Below are positions 37,713 to 49,238 of a stretch of DNA of 64,000 bases, one piece after another (positions within the stretch are counted from its first letter, which is position 1; each line of letters begins with the position of its first letter). The DNA comes from Squalus acanthias. Lineage: Eukaryota. A model generated the notes under the pieces. It made no database searches and had not been told where the DNA came from. It saw only the letters and a program-made list of their open reading frames with translations. Location: contig CM059433.1 of the NCBI GenBank assembly GCA_030390025.1, positions 28,522,001 through 28,586,000 on the forward strand, in the 5' to 3' direction. A program made the position numbers and the translations under genes.

Positions 37713-39532
37713 GACTGGGAGCAAGTGGTCTGACCAGAACCCTTGAAGTCAGAAGCAAGGTCTTCTCCACGTGCAGCACCACTCCCTGTCACCTCACCAA
37801 CTTTAAACAACTCTAGAAAGCTGCAAACACTTCCACAAACTCACACAGAGCCAGTAGAAATAAATCAGCAACTGACTTGAAAGTGGTTGCTGATCCCTTT
37901 AAATATCACTGGTAGAGGGTCCTTGCAGCTCCTGAACGCATGTTCAGCTGTGCGAGGTTAACACAGGGCTTTAGTTCCAGTGTTGAGGATGAAAATGGCA
38001 GTGCTGTCATTGACGTCATGATCTGCCTACTCTACATACTTCTGGAGCACGCTCCCAGCGCCGGCGCTGATACCCTCACCAAGATAGCATCCGGTGCAAC
38101 TCACACTAGAATTGAGCGCGCCCGACTCGGACGCCATTTTCAACCCAAAACGGCTCCTACGCAATCCAATTTTTAGCCCTCTGTCTTTCGGATGAGACGT
38201 TAAACCAAGGCCCCATCTGCCCACTCAGGTGTACATAAAAGATCCAGGGGAGTTCGCCCCGGTGTCCTGGCCAATATTTGTCTCTCAACCAACATCACTA
38301 AAAAACAGATTATCTGGTCACTATCACATTGCTGTTTGTGGGATCTTGCTGTGCGCAAACAGGCTTCAGCATTTTCTATATTACAACAGTGACGACACTT
38401 CAAATGTCGTTCGTTGATTGCAAAGTGCTTGGGATGTCCTGAGGTTGTGAAAGGCGCTACATAAATACAAGTTCTTTCACTCAGCAACATTACAAGCTCA
38501 CCACAATATCACAAGCAGAAAGGCATGAGGCAGGTGTACCAGTGCGTTAGAAGTGAATCCAGCAGATGGCTCTCAGTTTGAACCCAGCCTCTCAGACATT
38601 AGTGAGTTGTAAAATACCAAAGGTGTACTGAGTAGGATGAGAGGTTGAGAATTGCACCAAGGCTTTTACACAGTTTACTGATCAACTGTTTGAAATGGTA
38701 GACACTGCTGACACTTTAAACAGCTGCGCATTGCTCTCTGCTCAGAGAGCTGGTTCTGGGCTGACAATCCCCCCCCCGACAACGCAACATCGGATTCCAA
38801 CTTTCTGATTCAGTTATAATCATCCTTTGGGAATCTATAACCGAATACCAGGGCTATGGGGAGAGATCGGGGCAGTGGGACTAATGGGAGAGCTCTTTCA
38901 AAGAGCCAGCACAGGCACAATGGGCTGAATGGCCACCTTCTGTGCTGAGCTTAAAAATCAGGCCAATCAGCATTCAAAACTAAAACTAGGTGTATTTGGT
39001 CATTGATTATCTAGTTAACAGAGCGCTTCTTTTTAAGCTAGGTACTTGTTTTCCAGAGTCAAGCAGTGTTCTGTGGTGAGCACTCTATGTAAGTGAAATG
39101 AACTAGTGATTACACCAATAAAGAGACATCAGTGTGAGTTTTGAGAAAGGCTGGAAAATAAAAACAGTATTAGATTAGATTGCCACCTAATACTGGTGAC
39201 AGCCAATGGCAGACTGCTAAACAGCTTATATTTGTAGTGACATTTGCATTACAACCTTTCTATCAAGTCAGCAATCCTCGCTCTAAACCTTCAGCGCAGT
39301 GCTGCTGTAACTAATAGCCACTTGAGCCATAAGTCGTTCTTTAAGGATGTAAAGCAAACAAGAAGTCAGCTGTGGCTCAGTGGGTAGCACTCTCTAGGTG
39401 GGAGGGGCCAGGAATGAGCAGGTGCTGTTGGGTGCTTGATTACTGCAGGGACTTGGAGTGAGTTTGTAAAAAGCTGGTGGTGGGTTTCTTTTTCAGGTTT
39501 TAGGGCCTTTTTTGTCATTAAACAGCAGCCAG

Positions 39533-42219
39533 ATGGCTGCTGAGGGGCCCGGAATGCTGGGCCCCTCAGAGGACAATGTTCCCAGGATTAATTTAATCGG
39601 GGGAGAAAATGTTGGGGGAAGGGAGGAAAAAAAGGCCCAAAGATTTGGGCCGGGACCCCAGGAGGTTTGGAAAAGAAAACATGGTGATGGTTCAGTGCGA
39701 GGATATGGAAATACGAGCTTGGGATATTATCCAGGCGTTACATGAGGACTGCGGCAAGGGAAACTGCTTTGCCTGCCGACCAAAGTTGAATGTTGGGTTC
39801 GAGGTGACGGTCAGTGGCTGAGAGGCGATGGAAAGACTTTTACTGAGTCTGAAGGTTGGAGATAAGTTCTTGGAGGTATCTCTGCCATATTCTGAAGAGG
39901 TGGTGGTCTCATGCTTAAACCTGCCGGTTTATATTGAGGACGATGTGCTAATAAGTCGTTGGAGTCGTGGGACGTTACAATTTGCTCGACAATAAAGAGG
40001 AGATACTATCCAGGAACGCGGGTAGAAGATGGAACCCATTATGTAAAGGTGCGGTTCCCAGTGGGGATGAAGTCATTGCCGTATAGCATGAAATTCGAGA
40101 CAATGGAAAGAGTGCAGTACTTCCGGGTACTGCAAGATAATTATCATCCGAAAACACAGCGTCAGTTTCCACATGTACGCTGAAGACACCCAGCTCTACC
40201 TCACTACCACTTCTCTCAACCCCTCCATGGTCTTTAAATTGACACACTGCATGTCCGACATCCAGTTCTGGATGAGCAGAAATTTTCTCCAATTAAATAT
40301 TGGGAAGACTGAAGCCATTGTTTTCGGTCCTAGCCACTGACTCCATCCCTCTCCCGAACATTTGTCTGAGGCTGAACCACACTGTTCACAACCTTGGTGT
40401 TCTATTTGACCCCGAAATGAGCCTCCAACCACATATCCGCAGCATAACTAAGAATGCCTATTTCCACCTCCGTAATATCACCCGTCTCTGCCTTTGCCAC
40501 AGCTCATCCGCTGCTGAAACCCTCATCCATGCCTTTGTTACCTCCAGACTTGACTATTCCAACCCACTCCTGGCTGGCCTCCCACATTCTACCCTACGTA
40601 AACTTGATGTCATCCAAAACTCGGCTGCCCATGTCCTAACTCGCACCAAGTCCCGTTCACCCATCACCCCTGTGCTCGCTGACATACATTGGCTCCCGGT
40701 TAAGCAATGCCTCGATTTCAAAATTCTCATCCTTGTTTTCAAATCCCTCCATGGTCTCGCCCCTCCCTATCTCTGTAATCTTCTTCAGCCCCCCCCGAGA
40801 TATCTGCGCTCCTCTAATTCCGCCCTCTTGAGCATCCCTGATTATAATCGCCCAGCCATTGGTGGCCGTGCCTTCTGCTGCCTAGGCCCTAAGCTCTGGA
40901 ATTCCCTCCCTAAACCTCTCCGCCTCGCTACCTCTCTTTCCTCCTTTAAGTTGCTCCTTAAAACCTACCTCTTTGACCAAGCTTTTGGTCACCTGCCCTA
41001 ATTTCTCCTTATGTGGCTCAGTGTCATTTTTTTGTCTTTTAATACTCCTGTGAAGTGCCTTAGGACATTTTACTATGTCAAAGGCGCTATATAAATACAA
41101 GTTGTTGTTGTTGTCGTCGTCGTCGTCGTCGTCGTCTTCTCCTTCTTCTCCTCCTTCTCCTCCTTCTCCTTCTTCTTCTTCTTCTTCTTCTTCTTCTTCT
41201 TCTCCTTCTCCATCTTGTAAGAAGCTGTCCAGAGTTGTACTGTTATAACTGCGGTTTGTCTGGACACATCGCTTGGAGCTGCAAGGTGGAGAACTCTGGG
41301 GTGTGTCACAAAGGCCCACCCACTGTGAGTGTGCGGCAGAAGGAAACCATTTGAGTGACGAGCAGAAGGGAGAAGGAGAAGGAGAAGGAGCTGGAGGTGC
41401 GAGTGGAGGAGCGGAGCAGGCGGAGGACACAGCTGGTGAATGGAAGGAGAAAAGAGCGCAGGAAGAGGCAGAAAATTGTGGAGCAGAGAACAGGATGGAG
41501 ATGGTGGAAACCACACCAAGTACAGTGGAAAAGGACAAAGACAACAGCGGGCAACACGGGTTGAGGGAAGAGTTGAACCATAATACGGCTCGGCTCTCCC
41601 TAAAGAATCTGGTGTCCGCGGGGGGAGAGGAGGCTGGAGTGGGGTGCGGGGTAAGTGTAAGTACTCCAAAGAAAGACAGGGGAGTCGGACATCTCTGTGA
41701 GCAGGAGGGGGCAAGACAAGGAGAGGGTGCAAGAGGCAGGAGCCTTAAAGGGGCAGCAGGAGGGGAGACAAAGACGCCAGAAGGGAGCAAGATAGGTGCA
41801 GATGTGCCATTGTCCCAGAGAGAGAGGAAACGGGGAGCAAGGGTCAGCGGTGGAGATGAGGCCAAAGGGAGTGGCACTGTTGGAGAAACCGTGATGGCAG
41901 GAAGACTCTCTAGGGGAGTTTATGTATCTGACGGGGAGCAGGGACGGGAGGTTACAGAAGAGCTCGAGAGTGAGGAGTCAGAGGGGGACAGAGACATGGA
42001 AGCGGGGTGGCATCGTGTGGAAAGGGAAAGGTTAGTGAGGGGCAGAAGGAGGGAGAAGGGGCAGCTCCTCAGCCCAAACCTAATGTAAGGAAGATGCTGA
42101 AACTGCAGAGAAGGTTCAAACAGGAGATGAAAAAGAGCCGGAGGCTCCAGGAGAAAGCAACAGCTGCACGAAAAGTTGGGAAGGAGCATGAGAGGAGAGA
42201 AGGGCCGGAGATTAAATGA
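39533..42219 (+). pseudogene. Tx1-type ORF1 (ZCCHC3-like RRM region + CCHC zinc knuckles + acidic tail), disrupted
   Basis: VVVSCLNLPVYIEDDVL...IKRRYYPGTRVEDGTHYVKVRFP...SLPYSMKFET...YFRVLQDN; after the L2 insertion, from 41211, HLVRSCPELYCYNCGLSGHIAWSC (CX2CX4HX4C). Stops and frameshifts are present. Confidence 0.85.
40142..41210 (+). mobile_element. L2 LINE 3' part inside the Tx1-like ORF1, ending in a compound (GTT)(GTC)(TTC) microsatellite
   Basis: FHMYAEDTQLY RT motif; ORF 40300-41001; tail aaaggcgctatataaatacaagttgttg. Confidence 0.92.
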
Positions 42220-43521
42220 TGGGGGGATTATCAGGCACACTTCCCTTATTTGGAGCCATGCTTACTGATCAATTTTTAAAGTACAGTAGATTAATATGTT
42301 ATGGGAGACAAATTAAACTTCAGATTTTGATAATATGTGGTGGAGGAATGGCTGTGTAGAGCGGTGGAATGAATTTGTATGATACAATGGAATGATCACA
42401 ATGTTGTAAATGTTTTTAATGTTTAATAAATAATAAATATAAAAAAAGTGGGTAGCACTCTTGCCTCGGAGTCAGAGGGTTGTGGGTTCAAACCCCACTC
42501 CTGAGAATTGACCACATAATCCAGCCTAACTGTTCCCAATGCAAGGCTGAGAGAGTGCTACACTGTCAGATGTGCCATCTTTCAGATGAGATGTTAAATT
42601 ATCCGCCGTCTCAGGTGGATGTAAAAGACCCCATGGCACTATTTGAAGAAGAGCAGGGGAGTTCTCCTTGGTGTCCTGGCCAATATTTATTCCTCAACCA
42701 ACACCTAAAAAACTATTATCTGGTTTGTGGGAGCTTGCTGTGTGCAAATTGGCTGCTGCGTTTCCTACACTACAACAGTGACTACATTTCAAGGGTACGT
42801 CATTGGCTGTAAAGTGCTTTGGGACATCCTGAATTCCTGAAAGGTGCAATATAAATGCAAGACTTTCTTACTGCCATTTTTAATCTCGCTGTTACAAAAC
42901 TAATTATAGAGTTCCCAGGTGCCAATGTTATGCTCACAAGAAAACACCTATGAAACGCAGAGGGGCAAATTTTCCTACTTTTGCGCCTGGTGCAATTGGA
43001 TTTACTGGGCACAGGAAAAGTGGGTGAGGAGCACTGTAGTCTCCTAACAGACCCCATGGGACTTTTCGTCTGTTCATTTGAATGGATAGAAAATCCACTG
43101 GGATGGACATTCCTGCCAGCCCATATTCCCTATGCCCAGATGATCCGATAGCCCCAGGTGCAGGAATAGGAACATGCGAGCCAGTATTCATTGACCAGAT
43201 TGTACCACAATTGCAATGTTTCCGTATTTCTTTTATTTTCTGTTTAGAATCAGGCTGACTTCAGTTTTTTGACTGTGCAGAGGAATAAAATTACACAGAA
43301 ATAGACAACAACATTTTAATTAAAAATAGTATTGATCTGGAGCTGGGATCCATGAACTAATATCACCTTGTCAAAACATTGTATACATCTTGCAAACAGT
43401 GCGACTCTTTAAGAAATATCAGTTTAACAAAATTGTCAGTCAAACTGTGGGCATGGTTCCCAAGCTGTAAGTACAGATTTTTTATTCCCCTCTGCTATCT
43501 ATTATCTTTATCTATTATATA

Positions 43522-44195
43522 GGCCCAGATCTTGCCGGAGCGGGCCATCTCGCAGCGTGCCCCGTTAGTTACAACTTTTCCCTTCACTCTTCAGCTCAAA
43601 CTTCTTTTGCGCTGTAACTTGCTGGAAGTGCGAGGGCACCGGGGCATCTGGGACCTTAGTGAACGATGGGACTAGCAGTCTATCTCCTCAACCAATGAGA
43701 TTTAAGGATTGAGAAAGGAAACAGAGGAACAACGGAAAAGGAAATAGGGTGAATTAGTCACCTCTGGTACAGAAAGAGAAATAGAGAGAGGGAAAGAAAG
43801 GTTGGATTAAGAGAGAGAGAGAAAAGAGACAAAAAGGAAAAGTAAGAAAAACATTTTTTTAAATTTTAATTTAAAAAATCTCTAACAACAATCTACTACC
43901 TACAGGAATGAGACTCCACGGTTTCAGTTGTTCCCTTTCTGGGCCGGAGAGGTTGAGTGGCATTGCAGGAACATAAATCTCGTCATTAAAAAGATCCTTA
44001 CGCTGCTAAGTACCAGCCCTAACTTGCTGCGTTGAGTTTAATTGGCAATTAATGTGCAAGTGCAGGAATTTCTTGAAACTCACGGGGGAGGTTGAGGGCG
44101 AGCTGCCGTTTCCACGAGGCTAACGGCGGAGTGGCACAAATCGTCCAGCAAATTGTGGCGATTTGCAACTCACGGGGTATCTCTTCATCTGGGCC
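43522..44195. mobile_element. Harbinger-type MITE
   Basis: Perfect 9-bp TIR GGCCCAGAT/ATCTGGGCC; flanks ATA/ATT. Confidence 0.7.
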
Positions 44196-45426
44196 ATTAT
44201 TACATGATTCTTACCTGATCTACATGATGGAATATCTACATTACAAAATCCATGGTGTGGCCTCTGATTTAATTCAAAGTAGAAAATTCTACTTGGTTTC
44301 AAATTAATTGAAATCTGATCTTCCCTCTGGATAGTTTAACAGAGTCACTAAGGTTGTCTTTTTTTTTAAGAGGGATGTTTTATGAAATGTAAACCAGACA
44401 TCAAGGGGTACAATTCCGAGGCCTTGGAGGTGCAAAGTTGCTATTATCGGGGTGGATGTTTTATGACTGCGGTCAAATGATGAAAATATGCCATAAAACG
44501 TATTTGTCCCCTAGCAGCGCTGGGCACAAGGATGTCTGTACGTCCCTGGGTTCTGGCATTGCTAAGGGACTGGGAGTGGGGATTTAAATTTTAAAAGGCC
44601 AGGTTCCAGAAAGCAATCGCTCGCACTCCCGAGAAAGTGGCACCATTTTTAAGTTTCTTCATCAATTCTGGTTTCACTGAGGTCCTACTGAGGGAGTATC
44701 AGGAGCTAGGAGCTAAAATAAAAAGCAAACCTCAAGGGTGGTAATCTCAGGATTAGAACCCGAGCCCATGTTAATTAGCATAGCGACAAACCAATCAGGA
44801 AATTCAACACGTGGCTAATGGAGTGGTGTGGGAAGGAGGGGTTCCATTTCATGGGACACTGGCACCAGTTCTGGGAAAGGAAGGAGCTGCACCATTGGGA
44901 TAGGCTGCACCTGAACAGAGCTGGGACCAAGGTACTAGCGGAACGGATAAATAGGGTGGTAAAAGGACTTTAAACTAATAAATGGGGAGTGGGGGGGGGG
45001 AGGGCTCAGTCAGAAACAATAGTAAAAATGATAGTTTAAAGATTAGAAAAGGGATAAGAGCTGAGCTCAGGTCACAAATAGTGATATAGATACTCCAGGT
45101 GAATGGAATACTAAAATAACTCAAGTAGTTACAGCAGGAGTGACAAATAAGAAATGTGTTAAGTTAAATGGTGTGAAAAATGCAGCATCAGGGCAGAAGG
45201 ACAGGTTAGAGTTAAAGTTTTATATACTAACGTATGCAGTATAAGAAATAAGTTGAGTGAATTAGAGGCTCAAATACAGCTTAGAGGCTATGACATGGTG
45301 GCTATTAGTGAGATATGGCTGCAAGTTGGTCATGATTGGGAGTTAAATATTCCAGATTATAAGGTCTTTAGAAAGGTTAGGGAAACTGGAAGAGGAGGAG
45401 AGGTAGCCTTATTGATTAAAGATATT

Positions 45427-46181
45427 GGCCCAAAATTTGCGATCGGAGGCTTCCCGTGGGCGGATGCTTCCAATCTGTAAAAAAAAATCTACGAATTTAC
45501 CTGGTGGCCTGGGAGGTATGGAGACTTGTGATCCTGGGCCTCTCCAGGCCCACGTATCCCAGGGACGCATGCGGTTCACAAGCGCCCCCTGGATCACGTG
45601 GGCCGGCCCAACCAATAAAAGAAGGGAATCCCCATTCATACTTATGGGAGTTCCGTACATATGGAAACCCCATAAGTATGAATGGGGATCACTTAAAAAA
45701 TACACAAACACATGAAATATATATTTTTTTAATTACATATTTAAAATTCATTAAAATGCCATTTAAGTAAATATTTTAAACAAAGTTAATTTTTTGAATT
45801 TTTAAAAAAATATGTTTTAACGGGGCTAAAAATAAACTTACCCTATTGGACAGGGTTTTTAATGTATAAATGAGTGATAACATTTTATTTTTCTATTTTT
45901 TTAAACTCTTATGCTGGTAAAAGCAGGCCTTACACCTGCTTTTACCAGGCGTAAGAATTTCACAGGCATTCAGCGGGCGGAAGTTGGGCAAATAGCGCAA
46001 CTCTCCACCCGCGGAGGCCCTTCTCCCAGGGATGCGGAGGATCTGTCAAGAATTTTCTTGACAGATTGCACATTCCGGGTTTTAGCGCATGCGCTTCGTA
46101 TGCCTAAACCCGGAACTTGCGTGGCCCCTACAGACGCGTACACACCTCACACGCACCCATAGGGGTCACAAAATACGTCCC
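45427..46181. mobile_element. Harbinger-type MITE inserted in the CR1 APE domain
   Basis: Starts GGCCCAAAATTTGCGA; flanks ATT/AAT; the CR1 reading frame resumes after it; several internal hairpins. Confidence 0.7.
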
Positions 46182-46785
46182 AATATTACAACATTACTAA
46201 GAGAGGATATAGGTAAGGGAAAGCAATCAGCACAGATACTATGGTTCGAACTGAGGAATAAGAGAGGACTTAAACTGCAACGGGAGTTGTCTGCAGGCCT
46301 CCTGATAGCAGCAGTGAAGAAGCAGAATGTATTAATTCAGAAATTAGAGAGGCTTGTAGCAAAAGCAGAGTTGTTTTAATGGGAGACTTTAATTTTCATC
46401 TAGATTGGGAAGAGCAGAGTAGCTCAAGTCAGAAAGGTTGTGAATTTATTGAACGCATTCAAGATAGTTTTCTGGAGCAATATGTTCTAGAACCAACAAG
46501 AGGGCAGACCGTACTAGATTTAGTAATGAGCCAGGCTTAGTCAATAATCTAACAGTAAGGGAACAGTTATCTAATAGTGATCATAATATGATCAAATTCA
46601 ATGTCGGTTTGTTAAGGAGAAATTAACACAGTTACTAAGATTGTAGATTTTGGTAAGGCTAACTTTAATGGGATGAGAAAGTGACTTACGACAGCAAACT
46701 GGTCAAAACTGTTATCGGGTAAAACGACAGCTGAACAGTGGGAGGTGTTCGAAAAAGAATTTAGCTTAATACAGGACCAGTATAT

Positions 46786-47629
46786 GCCTGCATGCAACAA
46801 CACCAGGATGACGTTTAGGCTTGGGCTGATAAGTGGCAGGTAACATTCGCGCCACAGAAGTGCCAGGCAATGACTATCTCCAACAAGCGAGAGTCTAACC
46901 ACCTCCCCTTGACATTCAACGGCATTACCATCGCCAAAACCCCCACCATCAACATCCTGGGGGTTACCATTGACCAGAAACTTAACTGGACCAGCCACAT
47001 AAATACTGTGGCAACAAGAGCAGGTCAGAGGCTGGGTATTCTGCAGCGAGTGTCTCACCTCCTGACTCCCCAAAGCCTTTCCACCATCTACAAGGCACAA
47101 GTAAAGAGTGTGATGGAATACTCTCCACTTGCCTGGATGAGTGCAGCTCCAACAACACTCAAGAAGCTCGACACCATCCAGGACAAAGCAGCCCGCTTGA
47201 TTGGCACCCCATCCACCACCTTAAACATTCACTCCCTCCACCACCGGCGTACCGTGGCTGCAGTGTGTACCATCTACAAGATGCACTGCAGCAACTCGCC
47301 AAGACTTCTTCGGCAGCACCTCCCAAACCCACGACCTCTAACACCTAGAAGGACAAGGGCAGCAGGCGCATGGGAACACCACCACCTCCAAGTTCCCCTC
47401 CAAGTCACACACCATCCTGACTTAGAAGTATATTGCCGATCCTTCATCGTCGCTGGGTCAAAATCCTGGAACTCCCTACCTAGCAGCACTGTGGGAGTAC
47501 TTTCACCACACGGACTGCAGCGGTTCAAGAAGGTGGCTCACCACCACCTTCTCAAGGGCAATTAGGGATGGGCAATAAATGCTGGCCTTGCCAGCGACGC
47601 CCACATCCCATAAACAAATTTAAAAAAAA
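46786..47629 (+). mobile_element. 5'-truncated, relatively young LINE (CR1/L2 supergroup, third family)
   Basis: 231-aa ORF ...ILGVTIDQKLNWTSHI...IYKAQVKSVMEYS...LDTIQDKAARLI; 3' end ...gacgcccacatccca + A-run; host CR1 contiguous. Confidence 0.88.
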
Positions 47630-48165
47630 ATACCCCTAAGGGGCAAGAGCTCTATTTACCAAATAAAACAGCCACAGCCGACAAAAGAGGTGAGAGATAA
47701 TATAAAACTAAAGGAAAGATCATACAAAAGTACAAAGAGTAGTGTAGATCCAGGGGATTGGGAGAGATATAAAGAACAGCAAAGGAAGACAAAAAAGATA
47801 GTAAGAGCTGCAAGAGGGGAATACGGGAAGAAACTTGCGAGGGATATCAAGATCAACACAAAAAGCTTTTACAATTACATTAGAAGAAAAAGGGTATTTA
47901 ATGGTATTGTGGGCCCTTTTAACAACGGTGCAGGTAATATTGCAAATTAAAATAAGGAAATGGTAGACTTGTTGAATAATTACTTTGTGTCAGTCTTCAC
48001 AGCAGGGGAAGAGGATAATATATCTGACATTCCAGGGAAACTAATAATGAATCAAGGACTGGAACTCACTAAAGTAAGCAAGAAAACAGTATTAGAAAAA
48101 ATAATGGTGCTAAAGACTGACAAATCCCCAGGACCTGATGGTTTCCACCCCAGGGTTTTAAAGGA

Positions 48166-48419
48166 AGTATATGCCTGCATGCAACAACACCTGGATGACG
48201 TTCAGGCTTGGGCTGATAAGTGGCAGGTAACATTCACGCCACAGAAGTGCCAGGCAATGACTATCTCCAACAAGCGAGAGTCTAACCACTTCCCCTTGAC
48301 ATTCAACGGCATTACCATCGCCAAAACCCCCACCATCAACATCCTGGGGGTCACCATTGACCAGAAACTTAACTGGACCAGCCACATAAATACAGTGGCA
48401 ACAAGAGCAGGTCAGAGGC
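48166..48419 (+). repeat. 254-bp local copy of 46779-47032 inserted in CR1
   Basis: Same start AGTATATGCCTGCATGC and same length; about 6 mismatches by eye. Confidence 0.9.
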
Positions 48420-49084
48420 GAGGAAATTGCAGATGCTTCAGCCATAATCTTACAAAGCTCTCAATTCAGGAATTGTCCCTTTAGATTGGGAACATTGCAA
48501 ATGTAACTCCATTATTTAAGAAAGATGAGAGAGATAAACCAGGAAATTATAAACCTGTTAGTCTAACATCTGTTGTGGGGAAGTTATTGAATCTATAATT
48601 AAGGACAGTGAGTACTTGGAGAAATTTGAGCTGATTAGAGAGAGCCAACATGGATTTGTAAAGAGTAGGCCATTTCTAACGAACCTAATTGAATTTTTTG
48701 AGAAAGTAGAAGACAGGGGAATGTCTATGGATGTAGTTTATATGGATTTCTAGAAGGCATTTGATACGGTTCCACATAAGAGACTGTTAGCTAAAATTAA
48801 AGCTCATGGATTTGAAGGCAAATTATTTACCTGGTTAGAAGATTGGTTAGGTGGTAGAATACAGAGAGTGGGGATAATGGGTATGTACTGGAATTGGAAG
48901 GAAGTGACTAGTGGTGTCCCACAAGGATCTGTGCTGGGGCCTCAACTATTCACTATATTCATTAATGACATAGATAACATAACAGAGAGACATATATCCA
49001 AGTTTGCCGATGACACAAAGGTAGGTGGCATTGTAAGTAGTATAGATGGGAGCATAAAATTACAAAGAGACATTGATAGATTAA

Positions 49085-49238
49085 TGATGTGGAGATGCCG
49101 GTGTTGGACTGGGGTGGACAAATGTGAGAAGTCGCACAACACCAGGTTATAGTCCAACAGGTTTATTTGAAATCACAAGCTTGTGATTTCAAATAAACCT
49201 GTTGGACTATAACCTGGTGTTGTGCGACTTCTCACATT
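49085..49238. mobile_element. Penelope-like fold-back insertion containing a perfect 118-bp palindrome (49121-49238)
   Basis: 59-bp arms with no spacer, centre AAG|CTT; direct repeat ACATTGATAGATTAA at 49070-49084 and 49234-49248. Confidence 0.85.

Larger units (their letters stand above)
36422..38179. mobile_element. Internally deleted two-gene PIF/Harbinger transposon
   Basis: Convergent Myb/SANT (+) and HARBI1-like (-) gene remnants; right terminus CCAATTTTTAGCCC; left terminus lost. Confidence 0.85.
36279..38478 (+). mobile_element. DeuSINE split by a Harbinger insertion (halves 36279-36421 and 38180-38478)
   Basis: ...ggaggtgc| and |ctgtctttcggatgagacg join to give the SINE consensus seen at 30081-30110. 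Confidence 0.85.
39394..42446 (+). mobile_element. Tx1/L1-clade non-LTR retrotransposon carrying ORF1 only
   Basis: Perfect 15-bp TSD AGTGGGTAGCACTCT (39379-39393, 42447-42461); two AATAAA and an A-tail at 42425-42447; ORF1 present; no endonuclease/RT sequence of its own. Confidence 0.85.
39363..42870 (+). mobile_element. DeuSINE split by the Tx1-like insertion (39363-39393 and 42447-42870)
   Basis: Head gtcagctgtggctcagtgggtagcactct resumes at 42447 with tgcctcggagtcagagggttgtgggttc. Confidence 0.88.

Noticed and set aside
40882..41877. 331-aa and 219-aa minus-strand ORFs with poly-E/D/K/T runs
   Set aside because: Antisense of the Tx1-like ORF1 plus the L2 tail microsatellite.
39533..42219. 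Host ZCCHC3 gene
   Set aside because: TSD, A-tail, stops and frameshifts show it is a retroelement ORF1, not the domesticated gene.
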